Below are positions 58,337 through 64,000 of a stretch of DNA of 64,000 nt, in pieces (position 1 is the stretch's first letter; every line of letters begins with the position of its first letter). Origin of the DNA: a virus (taxonomy: Duplodnaviria; Caudoviricetes); IMG/VR virus record IMGVR_UViG_3300021964_010723, one strand, 5' to 3'. Position numbers and translations under genes: made by a program. Below the pieces are notes generated by a model. It saw nothing but the letters and a program-made list of their open reading frames with translations. It was not told where the DNA came from and searched no databases.

Positions 58337-59208
58337 TATGTACCCCAACTATTTCCGAATAAATCTACTTGCAGCCTAGGACTATACCTCCAGCCTTTTT
58401 CGAGTGCTAGTGCAGCTACATTTATTTTATTTGCACCATATTCTTCTTTGCACCCACCTACTGGCATAACATATACAGGAACATTTACTGTACCTTCTAT
58501 ATATTGATCAACAGCTTTTTTAACATCTTCTATATCAGTTTCGTCTGCTACTACAAATTTAAGATACATTTTACTGTTACGTACATTCAAATATTGACAA
58601 GCTATTTGAGGCTTAATTGCATCACTCCATTTCTCCCCACTTACAGTTAATTTAGGACTACAAGCCCATGTAACTTTGAATTGCTCTTGTTCAGATAAAA
58701 ACGAGAAAAATTTATTGTTAAGCGGTTGTGTTGTATTTGTTTCAATTGTAAGATTCTTAAGATCTGCCATGCCCGGATGCTTGAATAATTCAATCCAAAA
58801 TCTCTGCCAAAGTAAAGGCTCGCCGCCTGTTAGTATAAAGTGTATATCTTGTCCATTATCCATCTGCCACTTTCCTTCTGGTGTTAAACTAAGCAAATGT
58901 TCTACAACTTCATCTACAGTCTTATCCATCATATACTTTTTAAATTCTGGATAGATGCTTGCGTATGTATCGCATCCTGTCCTAACCATAGGTAAATCTT
59001 CAAAGCGATGCACATTTTCCAAAACACCGTCGTCTAAGAACGCACGTACTTCGTCGCTGTACTTTTTCCTTTTTACACCCCTAGGCAGTCCAAAACCTTG
59101 ACAACGGAAGTTACAGCCAAAGCTCCTTAAAAATACGCTAGGAGTACCAATAAAATTGCCCTCGCCTTGTACTGAGTAGAATGCTTCTGAATATCTTAAT
59201 GTCTTCAT
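58336..59208 (-). CDS. queE: 7-carboxy-7-deazaguanine synthase (radical SAM)
   Basis: YSVQGEG..G.PSVFLR..GCNFRC...GCDT, LTGGEP, ETN, SPK, RLQV. Confidence 0.9.
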   Translation of the reverse strand: MKTLRYSEAFYSVQGEGNFIGTPSVFLRSFGCNFRCQGFGLPRGVKRKKYSDEVRAFLDDGVLENVHRFEDLPMVRTGCDTYASIYPEFKKYMMDKTVDEVVEHLLSLTPEGKWQMDNGQDIHFILTGGEPLLWQRFWIELFKHPGMADLKNLTIETNTTQPLNNKFFSFLSEQEQFKVTWACSPKLTVSGEKWSDAIKPQIACQYLNVRNSKMYLKFVVADETDIEDVKKAVDQYIEGTVNVPVYVMPVGGCKEEYGANKINVAALALEKGWRYSPRLQVDLFGNSWGT

Positions 59209-59876
59209 CGGTGTCCTTTCATACTAAGGCATATGTCATAAAATTCTTGCTTTAGATATGGATCGGATTGGAAAGCACCTAGCATGATTGCGGTAGTCAT
59301 GTCACTTTCATGTTCACGAACACCTCTGTGTGTCATGCAGTGATGTTCTGCTTTAACTACAACAGCAACATTAGGAGTCTTTGCATATTCAGATAATGCC
59401 TTTGCAATCTGTGTAGTCATTTCTTCTTGTATCTGCGGACGCTCTGCAATGTGATGTACAAGCCTGTTAAACTTGCTTAATCCAATTACTTCATCTTCTG
59501 GTACAATACCTACCCAACACTTGCCTACGATATTTTGGAAATGATGGGCACAGGTACTACGGATTGATATAGGTCCGCTAGTGTATAGGCTTTTGTACCC
59601 CATGTTAGGAAATGCGGTAATTTTAGGAACAGGTTTATATCTTCCGCCGAAGATTTCCTGCACATACATTTTCGCTACACGTTTTGCAGTTTCGTTTGTG
59701 TTGTGATCGTTTTCAGTGTCAATTACTAGGCTGTCTAGTACTGCTTTAAATTTTTGTTCTACTTCTTCTTGTAGCAGTTCTATTTCGTATGGGGCAATAT
59801 GTTCGCTAATATTGTCGTTGCTGTGGAATCTTACGTTTCGTTCTTTTAGTCTTTGTTTTATTTCATCGCTTATCAT
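59205..59876 (-). CDS. folE: GTP cyclohydrolase I
   Basis: TAKRVAK, STCAHH, GLSKFNR, RPQIQE, AEHHCMTHRGV. Confidence 0.95.
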   Translation of the reverse strand: MISDEIKQRLKERNVRFHSNDNISEHIAPYEIELLQEEVEQKFKAVLDSLVIDTENDHNTNETAKRVAKMYVQEIFGGRYKPVPKITAFPNMGYKSLYTSGPISIRSTCAHHFQNIVGKCWVGIVPEDEVIGLSKFNRLVHHIAERPQIQEEMTTQIAKALSEYAKTPNVAVVVKAEHHCMTHRGVREHESDMTTAIMLGAFQSDPYLKQEFYDICLSMKGHR

Positions 59877-59915
59877 TTATTTCTCCGAGTTTGAGACGAG
59901 GATGTCTAATAGTTA

Positions 59916-59944
59916 ATTGTATATGTATTTAGAAAATTTGTCAA
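59916..59944 (-). promoter_or_regulatory. sigma70-type promoter for folE-queE, with embedded TAAATA
   Basis: TTGACA (59939-59944), 17 nt, TACAAT (59916-59921); CTAAATA lies in the spacer. Confidence 0.75.
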
Positions 59945-60576
59945 GTTTTTAATTCTTGTATCGCTTTTTTATAATCTGTTTTTTTAAAGACACTACTACC
60001 AGCAACCGCAACATCTGCACCAGCTTCAGCAATCTCTTTTATATTATTACAGTTAATACCACCATCTACAACTATCTTAATATCTTTATTTTGTACAATA
60101 GACTTAATATTTTTAATTTTTTCTAATTGGTCATGTATAAAAAATTGGCCTCCGAATCCAGGATTTACAGTCATAATTAATATAATATCAATATCATTTA
60201 ATATATAATTTAAAACACTTTCATTCGTTGCTGGATTCAAACTTACTCCTGCTTTTTTACCAGCATTTTTAATAGTTTGAATTCCTCTATGTAAATGATT
60301 ACCTGCTTCTGCGTGAATTGTAATATGGTCAGCACCAGCCTCTGCAAAGGAAATTATATAATTTTCATAAGGCTCTATCATTAGATGCACATCAAATGGT
60401 ATTGATGTGCAATGTCTTACAGATTTCATAACATCAGGACCAAATGATATGTTAGGTACATAATGACCATCCATAATATCAATATGAATCCAATCAGCGC
60501 CTGCTTGACTCACATCTACAATTTCTTGTCCTAATTTACTAAAGTCTGCTGCTAAAATACTGGGGGCAATTAACAT
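59941..60576 (-). CDS. rpe: Ribulose-phosphate 3-epimerase
   Basis: [47 protein letters not shown]. Confidence 0.95.
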   Translation of the reverse strand: MLIAPSILAADFSKLGQEIVDVSQAGADWIHIDIMDGHYVPNISFGPDVMKSVRHCTSIPFDVHLMIEPYENYIISFAEAGADHITIHAEAGNHLHRGIQTIKNAGKKAGVSLNPATNESVLNYILNDIDIILIMTVNPGFGGQFFIHDQLEKIKNIKSIVQNKDIKIVVDGGINCNNIKEIAEAGADVAVAGSSVFKKTDYKKAIQELKT

Positions 60577-60592
60577 ATATATCCTAAATTGA

Positions 60593-61432
60593 TTAATAAC
60601 TTTGGTTTAATCTCCAAACCAAATATTCTTTTGCGCCTATTGTTTCGTACTTTTGTTCTCCAACAAGACTGTCAACTTGGACATCATCGCAGGGATGTAC
60701 AAAATGAGCGAAACTGTAACGGCTAGTATTGAGGTTAGTATTAACAACACGATGAGGAGTAGAAACATAACAGTCGTTAGTCCAACGTTGTAATAAGTCG
60801 CCAACGTTGACAATACAGGTATTTGGTATGTATGGCGCATCGATCCATTCATTAGTATTCCTAGGTTTAATTTGCAGTCCAGGATTTTCATCTGTAAATA
60901 ATATTGTTACAGTGCCGTAATCAGTATGTTCTCCGCCTCGCATTTGATTTTCCTGTATACTGTCATTCCATTTAGGATAATGTAAAATCCGTGTTGTAGT
61001 TGATTTAGATTTGTTATGTTTTGAAATTAGCTCTAGTTCTGGTAAATCTAATGCTAGTTCTATTAATCTCAGCACTCGATTTGTTAAAACAAATAACTGC
61101 CTATTCCAACTTAAACAGGTATATTTTTGTTCTTGGTTATACCATTGATTATCATTTCTGTGTTCACACCAATTAAAAGCTTCTTTTAAATCTACAGGTG
61201 TACCTGGAGTTAAACTTTCTATCATACCTTGATAGCCTGTATTGGTTTCAGTAGATTTGTAAGCTATTTTATTCTTTTTTGTTTTACTTAATGAGAAAAA
61301 CTCTTGTGCATGTTTTAAAATATTAGAAATGTTAGTATCTGTTTTAAGATAAGCAAACCCTGTGTCTTTAAAGGCTGCATCTAATTTAAGGTGGGCGTTT
61401 TGATCTTGATAATTTATAACTGGAATTTTCAT
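60593..61432 (-). CDS. Isopenicillin-N-synthase-family 2OG-Fe(II) dioxygenase
   Basis: [41 protein letters not shown]. Confidence 0.9.
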   Translation of the reverse strand: MKIPVINYQDQNAHLKLDAAFKDTGFAYLKTDTNISNILKHAQEFFSLSKTKKNKIAYKSTETNTGYQGMIESLTPGTPVDLKEAFNWCEHRNDNQWYNQEQKYTCLSWNRQLFVLTNRVLRLIELALDLPELELISKHNKSKSTTTRILHYPKWNDSIQENQMRGGEHTDYGTVTILFTDENPGLQIKPRNTNEWIDAPYIPNTCIVNVGDLLQRWTNDCYVSTPHRVVNTNLNTSRYSFAHFVHPCDDVQVDSLVGEQKYETIGAKEYLVWRLNQSY

Positions 61433-61440
61433 AGTTAGTA

Positions 61441-61463
61441 GGGGCTAGTAGCCCCCCTTTTTT
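61441..61463. other. GC-rich hairpin GGGGCT-AGT-AGCCCC with a T-tract on the + strand
   Basis: Inverted repeat between the BMP and dioxygenase genes; the U-tract faces the antisense direction. Confidence 0.55.
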
Positions 61464-61468
61464 AATTG

Positions 61469-62521
61469 TTATTGCATTTCAGTAATTACACCGTCTACGT
61501 AATAGCTCATAGAATCAATATCAGTTCTAGTTTGTCCCGGAGGAACTACTGTACCGTCTTGCTTTGTATATCCAGCTGAAAAAGGATAAGCAGCATCATA
61601 TTCTTCTGTTTCGAACCGTTGCTTTTCTCTTTCAATAATTTGTACAACTTCTTCAGGCACATTTGGTCCCCACGGACTAAGACCGACACAACCCTTTTCC
61701 ATACCCCAAAATGGTGTGTCAACTTCCCACGTTCCATCCTCTACTGATTTCATCACATGCTTGTAATATACATCCCAATTAAACATTGGTCCGGTTGCAT
61801 AACGGTCAGGTCCAAAATCGTTCATTGGAGCATCATTGCCCATGCCCCAAAGTGGTTTCTCCGGAGTTGACATTTTTTGAGCAAGCATTACTACAGATGG
61901 TGAATCTGTTGTTGTAAAGAATACATCCACTCCAGCTGAATGAAGAGCATCTGCTGCTGCTGTATCTTTTGCAGGATCAAACCATGAATTAATCCAAACA
62001 ATTTGGACTGTAATATCAGGGTTTACACTCTTAGCACCAAGTGTTGCTGCATTAATGTTTGAAATGATTTCTGGAATTGGATGCGAGCCTACAAATCCAA
62101 TCTTGTTTGTTTTTGTAAGCAAACCTGCAGCCATACCAGCTAGGTATCGTGCTTGGAATAATCTGCAATTATAGTTATTAAGATTATCTGCAGTTTTAAA
62201 TCCTGTGGCATGCATAAATTTAACATCTGGAAATTTCTTTGCAGCACTGACCATTGGTTCCATGTAACCAAAAGATGTGCCAAACACCACGTCATGTTTA
62301 CGAGCTAAACGGGTAAATACTCTTTCTGAATCTGCTTCTGGCACAGCTTCTACATAATCAAATTCATAACCAGACTCTACCATTCCTTGATAGTGTCTCA
62401 TACTCCAGCCACCATCACTTTTTGGACCAACTAACACCAATCCTGCAGTTGGCTTTTCTGCTGCATTTGCAACTGTTGCAAATGCAATTAAAGTAATTAA
62501 TATACTAATAATTTTCTTCAT
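61469..62521 (-). CDS. BMP-family ABC transporter substrate-binding protein (purine/nucleoside type)
   Basis: Signal peptide ending VANA, GPKSDGGW, FGTSFGY, FMHATG, YLAG, GA..VNP, WFDP..D. Confidence 0.85.
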   Translation of the reverse strand: MKKIISILITLIAFATVANAAEKPTAGLVLVGPKSDGGWSMRHYQGMVESGYEFDYVEAVPEADSERVFTRLARKHDVVFGTSFGYMEPMVSAAKKFPDVKFMHATGFKTADNLNNYNCRLFQARYLAGMAAGLLTKTNKIGFVGSHPIPEIISNINAATLGAKSVNPDITVQIVWINSWFDPAKDTAAADALHSAGVDVFFTTTDSPSVVMLAQKMSTPEKPLWGMGNDAPMNDFGPDRYATGPMFNWDVYYKHVMKSVEDGTWEVDTPFWGMEKGCVGLSPWGPNVPEEVVQIIEREKQRFETEEYDAAYPFSAGYTKQDGTVVPPGQTRTDIDSMSYYVDGVITEMQ

Positions 62522-62553
62522 TTATTTCCTTTTATATATAGGGTTTAAAAAAT

Positions 62554-63102
62554 TTAAGCAACTTCGTCAAATAGACTATCAAAATGTTCCTTGTCAGGAC
62601 CACCAAGGTTTCTTTTGCACGGATTTTGAATATTTCCAAACGGCAATCTTTTATATGTATCTATAAAATCTCGGACTAATTTTTTTTCCGTTTCGGCAGT
62701 TGGACTACTTGCAAATTTAGTCCTCTCCATTTTAGTAGTATCCCAAACATGAGCAACAATATCAGTCCTATGAACATAAATGTTGTCATGCATAGCTTTT
62801 ACTGCAGGAATCACTATGTCTTCCATATCTTTTCCATTAGTTGTCCTAGATTTGTCAATACCAAAGCCGGGGATATAAAGCAATTTTCTATATAATCGAC
62901 TGTCCATGCCTGTAGACATTCCTATGTTAAAGATTTTACAATCTTCAGGAATTGTAAGTAGCTCAAAGGCGTAACAAAAATTTATAATACCTAAGTCTTT
63001 TTGCATAATCATTAGGATATCATACGGTTTTTTAATATACTTTAATTCGAATTTGTAGTCTGCGTTGAAAAGGGATACGTTATTAGGATTATTTGCTGCC
63101 AT
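62554..63102 (-). CDS. Hypothetical protein (possible degenerate GIY-YIG-like fold)
   Basis: CYAF...IFNIGMS...SRL pattern; own promoter and AAGGAG SD. Confidence 0.45.
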   Translation of the reverse strand: MAANNPNNVSLFNADYKFELKYIKKPYDILMIMQKDLGIINFCYAFELLTIPEDCKIFNIGMSTGMDSRLYRKLLYIPGFGIDKSRTTNGKDMEDIVIPAVKAMHDNIYVHRTDIVAHVWDTTKMERTKFASSPTAETEKKLVRDFIDTYKRLPFGNIQNPCKRNLGGPDKEHFDSLFDEVA

Positions 63103-63126
63103 AAAAAAACTCCTTGTAAAAGTTTT

Positions 63127-63155
63127 ATGATACTTTAATATTATCTTTTTGTCAA
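63127..63155 (-). promoter_or_regulatory. sigma70-type promoter
   Basis: TTGACA (63150-63155), 17 nt, TATCAT (63127-63132). Confidence 0.7.
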
Positions 63156-63158
63156 TGA

Positions 63159-64000
63159 TTATTTAAATTGTTTCTCAAATTCACGCAAACGCTTGTAAAC
63201 ACTCATTAGCTCTACAATTTGTAACCATGAACGGATTATAAATTGCAAACTCTCTGCTACTTTCCCAAATGCTCTAGTGGTTTGACTTACAACTCCTAAT
63301 GTAATTCCGCCTGCAATAATACTAGGGCCTAATGCTACATATGGTACAATTACCATACCTTGTAAATAACTCCACTTGGCAATGTTAAAGTAAAAATAAT
63401 GTAAGTAAGATCTAAAATGGATTTTCCTTACATTTGCAAATAATAACTCAACATCTGTTATATTTGCACGGTACTGGTTGTCTTCTCCGTGGACAAGTTC
63501 TTTGCGGTATGCCGCTTCTTCTTTCTGTATATCGTATTCAATACCTGGAAGTTTACTACCTACTAAACTCAGTATCACAGTACCACCTAGTGCAGTAATT
63601 AAAACAGCCCATACAAGTCCATGATCAACATGTCCAAAGATAGGAAACTCTGTTACTGCTTTACTTAGTCCGTAAAGGATTGGTACAAATGCAATCAGCA
63701 TGAGTACGCTTTCTAATAATCCTACTCCTAAGTTTTCTGTTAAACGGGCAAACTTTAGTGTATCTTCTTGTACACGTTGACTTGCTCCTTCTATATGACG
63801 GACACGTTGCCAGTTATCGTGATAATAATCTGCCATACTTTGCCGCCAACGGAACGTCCAATGATTAACAAGGAAGCCGTTAAATATTACATTAACAATA
63901 ATATAGATACCTGCAATGCTGAAAAACTCAAACATGTATCCATAATATTCTTCACTGCTAACAGATCCGGGTTGTGATAATGCACGTTGCAGAGCATCGT
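63159..64000 (-). CDS. sbmA: SbmA/BacA-like peptide transporter, 5' end outside the window
   Basis: Frame stays open to the window edge (DALQRALSQPGSV...). FRWR..M..YY, IEGASQRVQEDT, F.P.L..LS, EAAYRKELVHGED, V..S.Q. Confidence 0.85.
   Translation of the reverse strand, partial: DALQRALSQPGSVSSEEYYGYMFEFFSIAGIYIIVNVIFNGFLVNHWTFRWRQSMADYYHDNWQRVRHIEGASQRVQEDTLKFARLTENLGVGLLESVLMLIAFVPILYGLSKAVTEFPIFGHVDHGLVWAVLITALGGTVILSLVGSKLPGIEYDIQKEEAAYRKELVHGEDNQYRANITDVELLFANVRKIHFRSYLHYFYFNIAKWSYLQGMVIVPYVALGPSIIAGGITLGVVSQTTRAFGKVAESLQFIIRSWLQIVELMSVYKRLREFEKQFK

Noticed and set aside
61441-61463. Sense-strand rho-independent terminator for the BMP gene
   Set aside because: On the - strand the hairpin is preceded by an A-run and not followed by a U-tract; kept only as a hairpin.
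1125-63977. Short opposite-strand or alternate-frame ORFs in the track (e.g. 1125-1391, 7949-8254, 22745-23059, 45401-45736, 50918-51328, 53228-53539, 54517-54846)
   Set aside because: They lie entirely within long motif-bearing genes, lack SD sites and family motifs, and are best explained as shadows of codon bias.
1-64000. Alternative genetic code (TAG or TGA reassignment), as in some jumbo phages
   Set aside because: Standard-code ORFs are full length, tile both strands and end in stop/start overlaps; no systematic fragmentation.
1-64000. CRISPR array, tRNA or rRNA genes
   Set aside because: Gaps between genes are all under ~100 nt, with no repeat-spacer periodicity or cloverleaf seen. 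The only exact tandem repeat is coding (50431-50502).
52871-64000. Bacterial chromosome or eukaryotic giant-virus origin for the metabolic genes
   Set aside because: They are interleaved with phage-type genes (T4-like RNase H, small hypotheticals), contiguous with fibre genes, and use bacterial SD and sigma70 signals; no housekeeping operon context.

Overview
This window is part of an AT-rich, large tailed bacteriophage genome (jumbo, T4-like myovirus style) read in the standard genetic code. It has Shine-Dalgarno sites, overlapping stop/start codons, T4-like late-promoter motifs (TAAATA) and sigma70-type promoters. The + strand (1-46774) starts with virion structural genes: a 5'-truncated protein of more than 2100 aa and three paralogous fibre-like proteins. 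These run almost without gaps into a ~33 kb enzyme array: glycosyltransferase-like proteins, a GT-GT-methyltransferase fusion, 11 twitch/SPASM-associated radical SAM loci (one split into two ORFs), 3 cobalamin-binding radical SAM enzymes, 8 AspH-like 2OG-Fe(II) oxygenases, SGNH hydrolases, a sulfotransferase, an SDR and a nitroreductase-like protein. The - strand (46762-64000) converges on this array. It carries another fibre gene followed by a fatty-acid desaturase, a PLP enzyme, a ninth AspH-like oxygenase and a second sulfotransferase. Further along are a MoxR/VWA pair, a T4-RNase-H-like exonuclease, queE, folE, rpe, an IPNS-like dioxygenase, a BMP-family solute-binding protein and an SbmA/BacA-like transporter. 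The main candidate for an undescribed system is the tailoring-enzyme island, which is bracketed by and apparently co-transcribed with fibre genes; its substrate is unknown. All family assignments come from motif recognition by eye; no database search was run.
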